A program made the translations under genes and the position numbers. DNA of 64,000 nt from the human T2T-CHM13v2.0 reference genome, Homo sapiens, in assembly GCF_009914755.1 (NCBI RefSeq), contig NC_060941.1. One strand, 5' to 3'. The stretch's first letter is position 1; each line of letters opens with the position of its first letter. The notes beneath the pieces are model-generated. The model was not told where the DNA came from, did not search any database, and worked only from the letters and a program-made list of their open reading frames with translations. This document shows, piece by piece, positions 1 to 34,460 of this stretch.

Positions 1-330
1 TGAGAGGATGGATACATTCCAGCGACAATGTGTGTGAAGCCATTTGTCAACCCCTTCCTATGACTGTTGAGTCCCTCAAGGCCAGAGAGACTGCAACTTA
101 CCCAAGGTCACACAGCAACCAGTGGCAGAGGTAGGACTACATTGCCAGCGTTCCCATCCAAACCTCTTTTCATGACAGCATGTGGCAACCAAGCAGGTAT
201 CCACATCCTTCGTAGGCTAACAACACTGGTGCATCCATATGAGCAGCACATTACCCGCAGCTGGGAGGCCAAGCAAGAGCCCTTTTCCCTATTGTCTGGA
301 GGATCTGCTATCCTTTCCTGCCACTTCCAC

Positions 331-9605
<9,275 letters not shown>

Positions 9606-9931
9606 CATCCTTTTCTTTTTTTGTTCCTTTGTATATAATGTGTCTTTATTTTTCTGGATGCTTTTAAGATTCTGTGTATTTCTGGCTTTGAGCAATTTGA
9701 TTATGATGTGTCTTAGTTTTCCCAAACAAAATAATTTAAATTTAAAAAATACTGCCTGGGTGCAGTGGCTCATGCCTGTAATCCCAGCACTTTGGGAGGC
9801 CGAGGCAGGCAGATCACCTGAAGTCGGGAGTTCGAGACCAGCCTGATCAACATGGAGAAACCCCGTTTCTACTAAAGAAAATACAAAATTAGCCAGGCAT
9901 GGTGGTGCATGCCTGTAATCCCAGCTCCTCA

Positions 9932-10084
<153 letters not shown>

Positions 10085-10269
10085 TTAGGTATAAATCAAC
10101 AAAACACATGCAGGATCTGTATACTGAAAACTACAAAACATTGGTGTAAGAAGCCAAAGAAAAGAGGGATATACTGTGTTCATGGATTGGAATAGTCAAC
10201 ATAATTAAGAAGTCAAGTCACTCCGAATTGATCTACAGATTTAGTGCACTTCCAACCAAACCAAGGAAG

Positions 10270-10272
<3 letters not shown>

Positions 10273-10308
<36 letters not shown>
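10273..10308. repeat. (TG)18 microsatellite
   Basis: Perfect TG dinucleotide run. Confidence 0.97.
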
Positions 10309-10316
<8 letters not shown>

Positions 10317-10526
10317 GACAAGCTCATTCTAAAATTTATATGGAAAGTCAATGAAACTAGAATAGTTAAAACAATTTTGAAAAAGAAGTTGTGGGACTCA
10401 CAATACCTAATATTAAGACTTACTATGAAGCTAAAGTAATCAAGACAGTTTGCTAATAGCAAAGGGAGAAACATACAGATCAATGGAACAGAATAGGAGA
10501 GTCTAGAAATAGATCCACAGAAATAG

Positions 10527-10808
<282 letters not shown>

Positions 10809-10850
10809 TGAGCCACCGTGCGCGGCCTGATGGATGGAGTTTTTAAAAAA

Positions 10851-11841
10851 CTGCAACGGCAACCCAATATAGAAGGCACAGCAGGAGCCCCGCCCCTTCT
10901 GAGTTGGCGGGGCGGGAGTTCCCCAGATGCCGCTGCAGTTGCCCTGCTGCTGCTCTGGCCCAGCATCTCTGTGCTCTTGGGAACCTGTGAAGGCTCCACT
11001 GCCCCTCGCAGGCTCGGAAGTGCCTGCTCCTGCTGCCTGGCTTCTCCCTGCTGTTGGTGCCTGCTTCAATCTCGGAGCAAAGTCGGGCCGAGCTAGGGCG
11101 CCGTCACAGCCCAGCCGGGAGTGCACACGCTCAGGGCAGCACTGACACGCCAGCCCCCTGCCTCCTTGGCCCCCTCCGGACTTGGGTGCCAACAAGCATC
11201 GGAGAACGGCCGAGGGGGGCATGAGGACAGCCTGGTGTTGGCCTGCAGGTACCCCTTGGCATGAACAGCCTGGGCGCCATGAACAGCAGCAGGAATGCAG
11301 ACAGCTCCTCGGTGGAAGGGGGCGGGTCCCTGGTGAAGCCCCACCTTCAATCCTGGAAGGGCCTGAAGCCTGGGGGCCAGGTCACCAGTCCCAGTACCAG
11401 AGCGGGGAACTTGTGGTGCTTTTCCCCAGGCCTGCTCATGGCCACCTATGGCCGCCCATGGACCAATCAGCACTCACTTCTTCCCCTCTGAGGTCCATAA
11501 AAAACCCTGGACTCAGCCAGACTCAAAGAGAGGACGGGTAGATGGGGAGAAAACCAGCTGCAGAGAGGAACTACCCTTTCTGCTGAGAGCTGGACACTTG
11601 TTGGGATGAACTGCCTACCAGAGAGGAGCTACCCTCTCTGCTGAAAGCTGAACACTTGTGGGGAAACCCTGGCTATGGAGAGGAGCTGCCCACTGCAGGT
11701 CTCTTCTGAAGTATTCTGTTGCTCAATAAAGCTCCTCTTCGTCTTGCTCACTCTCCACTTGTCTGCCTACCCCATTCTTCCTGGATGCAGGACAAGAACT
11801 CGGGACCTGCCAAATGGTGGGGCTAAAAGAGCTGTAACACA
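10851..11841 (+). mobile_element. Solo ERV1-class LTR, MER52-like, 3'-truncated at an Alu
   Basis: GC-rich U3-like region, CCAAT (11463), TATA-like ccataaaaaa (11495) and internal agaggagctaccctctctgctga repeats. AATAAA at 11725, followed by gctcctcttcgtcttgctcac...gggctaaaagagctgtaacac as in MER52/LTR27-type LTRs (family from memory). Confidence 0.75.
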
Positions 11842-12075
11842 GGCTGGGTGCAGTGGCTCACGCCTTTAATCCCAGCACTTTGGGAGGCCGAGGGGGGTGG
11901 GGCGGATCACCTGAGGTCAGGAGTTTGAGGCCAGCCTGGCCAACATGGTGAAACCCTGTCTCTACTAAAAATACAAAAATCGGCCGGGTGCGGTGGCTCA
12001 CACCTGTAACCCCGGCACTTTGGGAGGCCGAGGCGGGCAGATCACAAGGTCAGGAGTTGGAGATCAGCCTGGCTA

Positions 12076-12656
<581 letters not shown>

Positions 12657-13212
12657 GAGGCCGGGCGCGGTGGCTCACGCCTGTAATCCCAGCACTTTGG
12701 GAGGCTGAGGTGGGAGGATCGTTTGAGCCCAACATAGGAAGACTCCTGTCTCAAAAAAAAAAAAAAAAAAAAAAAATTACCAGGGTGTGGTGGCAGGCCC
12801 CTGTGGTCCCAGCTACTCAGGAGGCAGAAGCAGGACGATCCCTTGGGCCCAGAAACTCAAGGCTGCAGGGAACCGAGATCATGCCACTGCTTCCACCCTG
12901 GGTAACAGAGCAAGACCCCGTCTCCAAAAAAAAAAAAAAAAAAAAGCAATACAGGGGTACTTAATATTTATTCATATATTTACCTGAGAATCATCAGTTT
13001 TACTAAGGCTGTATGATGTTAGCAGATATTGGTTCTATCAGTCTCTCCGCAGACATTTGCTGTAAATAAAGCAGAGAGGCTTTCAGAGTGCACCCTGTTT
13101 TGGTTCCTCCATCCTGTTGTCTGGATCCCCTTCTAAAACGTAAGTTCCAGGATGGCAGGAACTTTGTCTATTTGGTTCACACTCGACACAGTTAGTGCTC
13201 AAAAATGTCTAA

Positions 13213-13956
<744 letters not shown>

Positions 13957-14739
13957 TGACCTTGGACGGTCAGCGCCCCAGCCTCGGGGTGGCCCTCTGA
14001 TAGAATAGGGTCTGGGGGGGACTAGGGGCCACAGCGCACCGGGAAGATGCGGCCCCGCGCTCAGGATCTGTTGGCTGCCATCCAAGGTTTCTGAAAATGC
14101 GGGAGAGTACAAAGTGTTAATATACCTAACTCTGCATTTAAAGCTGACTTCAAAATTTGTGGCATATTTGGCCTCAAGTCGTTTGTTAAATTTTTAGAAA
14201 AATAAACGTTATAAGTTGTCCTCTTTCACCCCGACCGCAGTCACATTCCCACTTCTTTGTCCCCAGGACTTTGATGGGTGTCTTTACCCATCTTTTTTAC
14301 TGTTGTCCATGAAAGCATAGCTTCCAGGGGTATTTGAGGCCCAGAGAGGTTGTGTGACTTTCTGGGGGTCACACAGTGAGTCAGTGGTCCAGGTGAGGTG
14401 GGATCCACCTCATGTCTTATCCCCTTGCAGAGCTGGCCTTGCTGAACACCTGAGCTCAACCCCTACCATCCGACTCCCGAGGTGTTCTGTCCAGGATGGA
14501 TAGAGGGGAAAGATCCAAGGAGGGACGTTTACACACAGATCTTGGTTGGTAAATTTGAAGTATTTTGCAAAAGGAACAGGGGATTTTGGTATGCACAAAA
14601 TTAAAGAGGCTGAGTGTTTTTTGGCATCCCTTGATTGGCCACCTAGGGTTGCTGCTGGAGGGTTTGATAAAGAGGAGAAGGAAGTTACAAGAGCCCGTTT
14701 TTTAGCCACAAGTTCACTGCATCCTCTCTTTTGTTGGGT

Positions 14740-14840
14740 AGATATTATTATCTCTGTTTTCCAGATGAGGAAACTTGCCCCAAGTCACATGCTGCTCAGG
14801 GGCTCAGTCAGGACTCAAACCCAAGTCTGTCTGCCTCCCA
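14740..14840. mobile_element. MIR fragment (others at about 14310-14420, 15930-16010, 21930-22110, 36100-36210, 38360-38460)
   Basis: ttccagatgaggaaact..gccccaagtcaca core motif. Confidence 0.6.
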
Positions 14841-16607
14841 AGCACAGTTAGTGCTCCCCACTCCACAGTCCTGTTCTCTGTACTACTGTCTCTAACAAGT
14901 GACATTTCTTCTGACATCAGAAAGATGCCTCATCAGTAATGTGGTTTGTTGAGGGACAGGTGTTAAAAAAGGAAACCAAGTACCGTTTGTCTCCATCAAC
15001 ACCAGGCACTTCAGAAGGTGACTTTCACAGAGCCCAGTGTGCTGAGCTCTTCTACAGCGGATGCCTAATGATAAACTTTAAACTGGAGAAAATGCCCTGG
15101 TACTTTCTGCAGCCTCAGGAATAGGCTCCAGTGTGTGGCGAGTGTTCATTTATAGGCAGCGCTCGGCATGGGGAGTCTGGACACCATATATCCGCCCGGG
15201 AGTGTATTAACGTGGAAACCAAGCCCACCCCCAACTCCGAAAAGTGCAGCAGCTTTTCCAGTTCTTTGTGCAAATATGTAGGCTCTGTACGTGTGGGGTT
15301 ACTGGTTTCCAAGCACAAGGCAAAGGCACGGGGCAGTAAGGAGGGTGCCTTGGGAGTAATCTGCTGGCTTCCACTACTTCCCTTCCTGAGGCACGGCTTG
15401 CTGCTGTGGACATCCCTGGGCCTACCCCAAGCTGGCCCAGTATCTGTGGTTAAAACAACCGCCCCCCCCCCCGCCCCCACACACGTGGCTCCTTATGTGT
15501 ATGTAGGCATTTCTACTTTTCAAAATTCTGCTCTGTCTGTATTCCCTTTGGTCTTCACAGTACCCTATGTGGGATGTGAGGATCAAATGTGTTTCAGTAA
15601 TAAGCACGCATTTGCCTAGTCCCTGTGGTTCCTGAGAGTGTTGCTGGTATGCTGTCAGGGCATCCTCCGGCCGTCCATGTGACAGGGTGGCTGTCTTTCT
15701 GTAGTGTGCAGAACAGCTGGTAGAGGCACTTCCTGTACTGCACACGTGGGATTTAGGCTCCTGCTCATAGGCTGAGATGTGTCTCCCCTCTGGTTGTCAC
15801 TTTCCCCTTGCCTGACCCTAGAAAAGGTGCTGCATTCTGGCCCTGCAGCAGAACAGGGGAAGGAGAAAGGCAGCGGGGGTTGGGGAGTGGGGAGGAGAGG
15901 GTTGGTGTTGGGGGTTCTTCTCCCAGCTCAGCTGCTGTTTTGCTGTGTGACATCAGGTGGATCTCTTCCCCGTTCTGAGCCTCAGTTTTCTGACATGTAA
16001 AATGAGGGTCTGCATTTTTGCTTTGCAACTCTAAAAGCAGCAGAATCCTTTTTTTAAAAATGTACTTATTGGCACCTCAACATATAAAACCGATAAAAGC
16101 AGAGCTCTTCTGGTTAATGTGGGGAGGATCCTCGAGCTCCCTGAATTGTCCTTTTACCCTGTCTCCCCCTCCCCCTTGTCCCTCATGGCACCTTAAAGAT
16201 CTCTGAGTCCCTCCAGTTCTCAAGTTTAAGGACTCTACTACCATGGTAAGAGCTGGTCCAGCCTCAGTTTCCACAATGCTTTTGGCCACTCGAATCCAGC
16301 CTAACAAGCACGCAGTTCCTGATGATTGGCCTCAGGTCCCAGAGAGCTCCAGCAGGTGTAGGAGTCCATGGGCCTGACACCTTTGCTGGTCTCTGCTGGA
16401 TCCCGACGAAGTCAGGTCCTTTCTGGAAAGGGGTTCGAAGTCCACATACTCTCCGCACTACCCCCAGGAAGTACGTCCTTGGGTGTGTGTTTGGGGGAGT
16501 GAGAGGAATGAAGAACCACTCCCCCTATAGCCTGGCCATACTCCCCAAGATGAGGGCAGTAAGGTGCTGAGGACCCTGGAAGTAACTTGCTTTTCTCAAC
16601 TTCTCAG

Positions 16608-16708
16608 GAGAAGGCCATCAGCATTTGGGAGTCAAAGAATTTCTTTTTTGAACTTGAGCCTCTGCCAGGGGCCGTGGAAGCTGTCAAGGAGATGGCCAGC
16701 CTACAAAA
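16608..16708 (+). CDS. NT5M: NT5M coding exon 2 (EKAISIWESKNFFFELEPLPGAVEAVKEMASLQ + AA)
   Basis: Pyrimidine tract and ttctcag acceptor ending at 16607. The 101 nt continue the exon-1 frame. Donor GTAAGT at 16709. Confidence 0.96.
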
Positions 16709-16970
16709 GTAAGTTTGTCCTCCCAGCCACTCAGTAAGTTTGTCTGAGCAGCCACTGAGCCCTGTACCTCCTTCCTGCTTCTTCCCTCCTCTGCCTTCTC
16801 CTTTCTCTCTCCTTGGCCCTGCGCAAGGCTGCACTTGCCTCGTCATTGCTGAGCCTGGGGAAAACCACCAAATACAATGATCTCGGTTTGTAGGCTGTGA
16901 TGTTTTGATCCAGGAACTTGAGGAAATACCCAGTTTAATTTGATCTGGTTCCCTGGGTGTTCAAAGCTCA

Positions 16971-21520
<4,550 letters not shown>

Positions 21521-22294
21521 ATAACTTTTATTGGCCACATTTTTGCTTGAATTTAGCAACCTGAATGACAAATGTAAGGTATGATTTGGCCTTCATTGTG
21601 TCATATAAATGCCTCTAAAAATTGTCAACTTTTAAAGTTCTAATATGATAAATAGGTGTCAGAGAAACACAAAATACAGAGTTTGAGTTGAATCGTAGAC
21701 CTTATTTGGTAGTAATTTATCTTTGGATGTGAGTCCAAGTCCTGCAGAGTAGTGAATTTTATTCTGGTTTATGGTATGAACTTGATGTATCGTGTTCCTG
21801 TAGCAGGAGTCTGAGAGGCAAAGAATATGTGTACAGCATTCACACTTAAGCTTTCAAAACCCTGCTCGTGGCCTGGATCAGCATGTGCTGACCTGCAGCC
21901 ACATGACTGTGTCCTGGGGAGCTGCAGGGCACAGTGGTTTGGAGTGGGGTTCTGGACATTGGCTGCCCAGGCTCACATCCTCACTTCCCCAGAATCTCAT
22001 TCCCAGATGTCAGGCAAGTTATTAAACTTTCTGGGTTTCAGTAAAATGGAGATAAGGAGAAAGTCCTCAGTATATGTGCCTGGCACATAGCAGGTGCTCA
22101 GCAAATGCTAGCTGCTGCTGTTGCCGCTCTGTAAGATTTAATAGGCATATCGCAAGAAAGGCATCCTTAAGCCACCACGGTATGGGAAACAATGGATTAG
22201 ATTGGCTTCTTCACCGTAGTACTTTTCAGAGCTTTTAAGTGCTTGTGTGCTTTGTGACACTGCATTGGGGTAGTAAGGGATGCAGCTTTCTTCA

Positions 22295-23260
<966 letters not shown>

Positions 23261-23920
23261 TAGCCTGGAACATTTTTTCATAGCTTCTCGATTAATACCT
23301 TTGCAGAAATTCCCGTTTGGGAATGCAAATCTAGACCATACCCAGTGGTCCTTTATCTCCATTTGGCTCTTAAATTGGTAGAAGATTCCTATGGTCAGTT
23401 TGTGCCCAGTATCTAGACAAAGCGAAGGGACTCGTCAGTAACTGAGTGGATAACTGTGTATCTGGTGCTGAAGTGGGCACTGAGTACAAGAGATGTGGGC
23501 CCAGCAGCAGAGACCAAGGCTGATCAGTCACCCTCATGACTATTTATCCAGCATCTGCTGCATGCTCAGCCTCATCCCAGGGGCTGCGGGGACACAAATA
23601 GGTAAGAGAGTTCTTACCTTCAAAGAGTTCCCTGGTAAACAGACATTGGAACATAGATCTCAAAGTAATCGTGGCGTTGGGGCTCAGGCAGGCAGGCAGG
23701 AACTGCTGCTCCCCGGGAGGCCACGCCATTGTGCTGCCATCTTGAGGAATGAAAAGGAACCTGCCAGGTAGTGAAGGGCAAGGGGACTCCAGGTAGGAGG
23801 GGAACAGTTGAGCAGACGCCCAGGGGACTCTCCTGAGATGGCCTTTGTGGCACGTCCTGCCCTGTTCCAGCAGCTCTGCGCGTGAGATAGGGCTTCCCTG
23901 GGCAGAGCCTCAGGTTCTGA

Positions 23921-24250
<330 letters not shown>

Positions 24251-24469
24251 TAGGATTACAGGCGTGAGCCATCGTGCCCGGCCGAATATATTCTTATAAA
24301 AGACTCCAATAGCATGAGCGTGTGTGAAAATGTGTCAGTTGACCTCTCTCCCTGCATATACCCACCTTGGCCCACTCTTCTTGCTCTAGTTAAGAATTTG
24401 GTGTGTATGCTTCCAGACCTTTTGAAGTGCACCCCCCTACATATTTAAATATAGATTTACAAATTGATA

Positions 24470-25680
24470 TGCTCCACCCAGCAGTCAGAGTGATATTTTT
24501 TAAACCAAATTCAGATGATGTTAGCCCCACTGAAAGCCCTCTGCTGGCTTCATCTTGTGGTAAAATCCCGCTGTCCCTTGGCCAGGCTGGGAAGGCTGTC
24601 TGCCATCTGACCCTGCCTTCCTTTCCAACCTCTGTCTTCCTCTGCTCCTGTCACGCTGGCTTCTTTCCTGCCCCTTGGATGTGCCACACGTGTTTCTGGT
24701 CTTAGGACCTTTGTTCTTGTTGCATCTTCCTGGAATGTTTCTGCCCTAGTTCTTTACACAGCTAGATTGTTTTTCTCTTTCAAACTGAGAACCGTGCATG
24801 TTGCCTCCTCACAGAGGCCTTCCCTGACCACTGCAGCTGAGGTCTCTGCCCTCCCCTCCTGGTCGTTCTGTCCCATGACCCTGAGTGTGTACTCTAAGCT
24901 GAAATTGCATGTCTGTGTCTGTCCCTTCCTCTTTTGAGTGTCAGCTCCCTGAGGTCAGGGATTGTCTTGGTTCTGGCTCTATTCTTAGTTCCCAGAATGA
25001 TGCCTGGCACATCACACACTCAAAATATTTGCCAAATGAATAACTTCATGTGCATAATCCCACAGTAATTGTTGATTTAAAAAAAAATTTTTTTTTAACA
25101 GTTTTGGAGGAAACCACTCATTTAGAAGGATAAGAACTTAAACCTGATTTTAACATGGTGCTCACTGTCGTGAAGCCTAGAGTAAGAGGCAGTTTATTCA
25201 TGGGTTCATTAAACAGATACATTTTACGACTTAATATGCACCCAGTACTGTGCTAGCACTGGGGATATATATGTAAATAACACACCTAAGGTCTCCAGTT
25301 TCAGGGCAGGTCTCACAGCAGGGAAGATGACAACATATAAACTAAAATGATTTCCAACTGTGATAAGCTTAGTGAAGGAACTAAACAAGGGGCTGTGCTG
25401 CAGAGGAAACAGGGAAGGGGCTGCTTTGGGTAGAATGGGAAGCTGGCTCTAGGGAGCTGAGAATTGACATCAGACCTGAAGAGTAAGAATGAATGGGCCA
25501 GTGAAGAGTCGGGACAGGCCTTGCAGGCCAGGAGAGGAGCAGGTGCCAATGCCTGAGCCGGGCCAGGCCTTTGTTTGTCTGAGTAACATAAAGGAACTGG
25601 ACAGCTGGCACTGGAACTTAGGAAGCATGTTGGGGGTGGCAGGGGTGGGTGGAGGGTGAAGTTGAAGAGAGATTGATGTG
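24470..25680. mobile_element. L2 fragments in both orientations
   Basis: aggccttccctgaccac...tgcctggcaca...aatatttg..aatgaat L2 3' end near 25040. Opposite-orientation L2-like sequence at 25190-25680. Confidence 0.6.
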
Positions 25681-25683
25681 ATC

Positions 25684-27310
<1,627 letters not shown>

Positions 27311-27329
27311 AAAATGTGGATTTGGGGCA

Positions 27330-29958
<2,629 letters not shown>

Positions 29959-30179
29959 TAGTATAGACAGGGTTTCACCATGTTGACCAGGCTGGTCTTG
30001 AACTCCTGACCTCAGGTGATCTGCTTGCCTTGGCCACTGAAAGTGCTGGGATTACAGGCGTGAGCCACCACGCCCAGCCTCCCACGTATGTCTTTATGTT
30101 CAAATTTATTGAATTGTACCCTTTTAATATGTGCAGTTTATTGCATGTTGATTATTATATTATTTATACCTCTGTAAAG

Positions 30180-32400
30180 CTGTTTAAAAAGAGTGGGTCT
30201 GGATGCTGGGTGGAAATGGCTTGGAGGGGTGAGAACTGGAAGTTGAAGAGTCAGTGGAGGTGGTTGCAGCCGCTCAGTGGGAGACGACTCAGTTTGACTG
30301 GGGTGAGGTCTGTGGAGAGAGGTGGGTGGATGACGTGTGCTTTGGCGGGACCCATAAGACCTGGGGATGGATCTGATATTGGGGGTGGAATAAAGGTAGG
30401 AAAAATAGGTGATTTTTAGGTGTTTTGCTTGAGCAGAGCTCTGTCTTTATCATCTCTGTTTATCTAAAATAGACCAGGAACTGAGGGAAGACTCGGGGAG
30501 AGACACGCTTTAGGAGTAGGGGATCACGTTTCCCACGTTGGAAATCCTGTGTGAGGTGTGTGAGGCGTCCAGGTGGGTGGAAACTTGGTGCTGGGAGAGG
30601 TTGGGACGCATCAGCATGCACATGGTGTTTAAAGCAGGAGTGCAGGCTGAGAGCCCCCGAGGGCCTAGACCCAACCTGGAGCGGTCAGGAGAGGAGTAGA
30701 CGGGGAGTCTGGGCTGGGTGGCTGGCGAGGATCAGGAGGCCAGGAGCGCAGGCTAGGACCCAGGATAGGGGAGCCCAGGAGAGCTGGCGTGGCCAGCTGG
30801 GCTGAGTACCTGTGGGTGAGGATGGTGAGATGGGCATTGGACAGAGGGACACTAGGGTCTTTGGTGACAAGGAGCAATTTCTGTGGAGTGAAGGGGCAGG
30901 CCCAGTCTAGAGTGGATTGAAGCAGGAGCAGGAGGCGAGGGAGTGGGGTCGGTAGGTGGAGGCAGCTTGTCGGGGACATTCTGCTTCGAAGGGAGCAGCT
31001 GGAATGTGGGGGTCAAGGCTGTGTGTGTATATATCTAAGGCGGGAGGTGCCAGCACACGTTTGAATGAGGAGTCATGGAGGAGGATAGCAAGCGGGCATT
31101 CGGGAGGTGCCAGCACGTGTTTGAATGAGGAGTCATGGAGAAGGATAGCAAGCGGGCATTCGGGAGGTGCCAGCATGCGTTTGAATGAGGTTCATGGAGG
31201 AGGATAGCAAGTGGGCATTTGGGAGGTTCCAGCACACGTTTGAATAAGGATTGTGGAGAAGGATAGCAAGCGGGTATTGCAGGGCATAGTGTCTGTGAAG
31301 GGCAGAGGGGGAGGATCCAGGGCACAGGTGGAGCCCAGGAGAAGGGAGTGGTGTGGCTTCCTCCTGTGCAGCAGGAAGGGAGGAAGAAGTGAGCCCGGCG
31401 GCAGGTGAGTCTCCAGATCCATCATGAGGTGGGCTTGGAGTCTCACCCACAAGAAGGTTGAGGAAATGGGGCGGGTGTGTCCTGGCTGTGCCCAGAGCAC
31501 CAGAGAGGGCATTGAAGAGAGCTGCCAGGCAGCTGCAGGCCCTGGCTTGGTGTCAGGAATTGAAGGTGAAACAAGTCCAACTGATGATGTGAATTTTCTT
31601 CTCCGGCAACATTTAGTTGCTTGGGTGCAGGTGGGAGCAGTGGGATAGCTGGGCTCCTTCAGGGCCTGGCCAGACAGGCCTGGGTGGAGGATGAGAAGCA
31701 CAAGCAGAGGATGGCAGCGAAGGCTGGGCCCCAGCTGGATGAAGGCAGGCCGCTAAGCTGGGACAAGGAGGGTGTCTCCACGAGGCTGAAGAGTTGAGTA
31801 CAGAATGAGATAATGCATTTGCTGAAGCGTCGTGGGTGGTGGCCAGGGAGGCAAAGCCTGAGACGAGGTTTTGGGGGGAAGTGATTCCAAGCTCCGGGGG
31901 TGACACTAGGAGAGGTATTGGAGGTTGGGTGTTTGGAGGTGGAGAGGAAGTTGTTTGGAGGTGGGGAGGGTTAGGAACTGAGCGACAAGGTGTTGGATCT
32001 GTACCTATGCACACACATATATGTGGACATGTGTGTGTCAAGTCACTGAGGATGGTGATAGAGCAGGAATGGAGAGGATGGCGAGCCAGCGAGTGAGGTG
32101 CATAAGGGACAGTAACTGGCAATGGTAGGTGACAGTGAGTAGGAAGGGCTCTAGGGGTGTGCTGTCGAGTGTGGGCATTGGCATCAGGGATCTGGAAGGA
32201 GCAGTGGAGAAGGCAGACGCTGCCCTCACCTGCCATCTCTGAAGTCTGTGGGGGATGAGGAAGAGGCAGCTGTCACTCAGAGGCGAGTTGGGGAGGTGCT
32301 CCCTTCGTGTGAGGCCAGTTTTGGTTGGGGCAGGAGTGAGGATGCTGGGGAGAGGCTGAGTCTTTAGGAGAGGGGATTGCGTGGTTGGTGGAGGTAGTGC
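30180..32400 (-). mobile_element. Long degenerate L2-like region (purine-rich on +)
   Basis: ggagcaatttctgtggagtgaagggg..cagtctagagtggattga and similar L2-like antisense blocks. Confidence 0.5.
31041..31280. repeat. 60-bp minisatellite, about 4 copies
   Basis: Unit cgggaggtgccagcacacgtttgaatgaggagtcatggaggaggatagcaagcgggcatt at 31041, 31101, 31161 and about 31220. Confidence 0.93.
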
Positions 32401-33127
32401 CAAGTATCAGGTAATGAGAGGGCACACCCTGTGCCCAGGGACCCGGGAGTCTAACCTCTGCCTGTTGAGGGACGCGTTTGCCAGAGAGAAAGCGTCAGCA
32501 AAGTGCCATCTTCCAGAGGCTCAGCAAGACGTGCAGGAGGCACAGGCTCCAGTAGCGAACGCCAGCCTCATGAGGGTGTTTGGGACCAGGTGGCTCCATT
32601 AGTGAGGGCTGGGGCCCTGTGGGCATGAGGGCAGGGCGCAGGCACCTGGGAGGCCATTTGGGTCAGCTCTCCCGCGGAGCTACGACCTTGGGGATGTGGC
32701 GCTCCTCACGCGGAGCCAAGCCAAGCCAAGGCCAAGCCTGTGTTTCAGGGACTCGATCACTGCAGGGCTTAGCCTGGCATGGAGTAGGCTCCTTCTCTGT
32801 GTTCTCCAGGCCAGGGGACTTGCATGCCAGAATCCTTCTTCCTCATAGATTTCTTGACTTACCACTCTGCATTGCAGGAGGCCCTCCAGTCAGATGTCCA
32901 GCCCAGAGCTGGCTGCCTGTGGCTGGGTAGGGTCATGTGGCTGCCCAGGGCCATGGGATAGGCCGACACCTCTGGTGTGGATATAGTACAGGGGAGTGGG
33001 TCTCCCACAGCAGGGGAAGGGTTCAGACTCAGAGGGTCCAGCCCTGTGAAGGCAGGGCAGGTGGTGAAGGCCTCGGGGTGGTGAAGTCATGGGGCTGCAG
33101 GCTCAACCTCCTTTCTCTTGTTGACAG

Positions 33128-33188
33128 CACTGACGTCTTCATCTGCACAAGCCCCATCAAGATGTTCAAGTACTGTCCCTATGAGAAG
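33128..33188 (+). CDS. NT5M: NT5M coding exon 3 (N-TDVFICTSPIKMFKYCPYEK; HAD motif II T130/S131)
   Basis: Acceptor ctcctttctcttgttgacag. 61 nt, and the first C completes the split codon AAC. Donor AAG|GTAAGG at 33189. Confidence 0.96.
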
Positions 33189-33824
33189 GTAAGGCGTGCG
33201 TCTGCTCAGCTGAGCCCTTACCCCATGCATCACAGGTGAGGGGTACGGGGCTCAGCCTGCCTGTGGAAAGGGGATGGACCCTCACAGCACTCCCCCACCT
33301 CTGTGACAGCGGCTTTCTGCTCCCCAAGGACCTCTCCAGCCTGAGGCTCTAGATGGGGCCTCTTATGATGCAGGTTCTCCAGGAAGGGTGCCTGTCACTG
33401 TGTCAGGTTAGCCTGGCCCAGAGTAGGCCTTTGAAGGGTGAGAACCATGCCTGGGGAGGGCCTGAAGGCACGTGGATGCATTAACATGAAAAGTCTTAAA
33501 AAGGTGAGGTGGGTAAAGTTCATTTTGCTGTATACTCACTTTATTATCTTTATTGAAAAGAATTAGAGTTGCATGAAATTGAGACCTTTCTGGAAATTGG
33601 GAACTTGCAGTTGCCAAACCCAGAGGAAAGGTCTGTGGCCCTGGAGGAGAGCACTCATGCCGGAGGGGTCAGGGCCGGCCCTCCCTGGGGACGTTGGAGC
33701 AGCTCTTCCCGAGCTGAGGAAGGCAAGATCTTCAGTCCAGAGCCCCTCCTGCTCTGGGGGCGTCAAACCTTCAGGCATGAGTTCTTTCATGTTCTTCACA
33801 TGACCTTTCCGCTCTGGATTCCCA

Positions 33825-34460
<636 letters not shown>

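Noticed and set aside
12960-13080. Possible C/D snoRNA-like box (atgatg) upstream of the promoter
   Set aside because: Imperfect C box, no properly placed D box or terminal stem, and not intronic.
31041-31280. Regularly spaced repeats resembling a CRISPR array (also 57497-57757)
   Set aside because: Units are contiguous with no unique spacers, there are no cas genes, and the context is human. They are ordinary minisatellites.
33101-33127. In-frame upstream acceptor (ctgcag at 33100) adding 9 codons to exon 3
   Set aside because: No polypyrimidine tract precedes it; the 27 nt are themselves the tract of the real acceptor.
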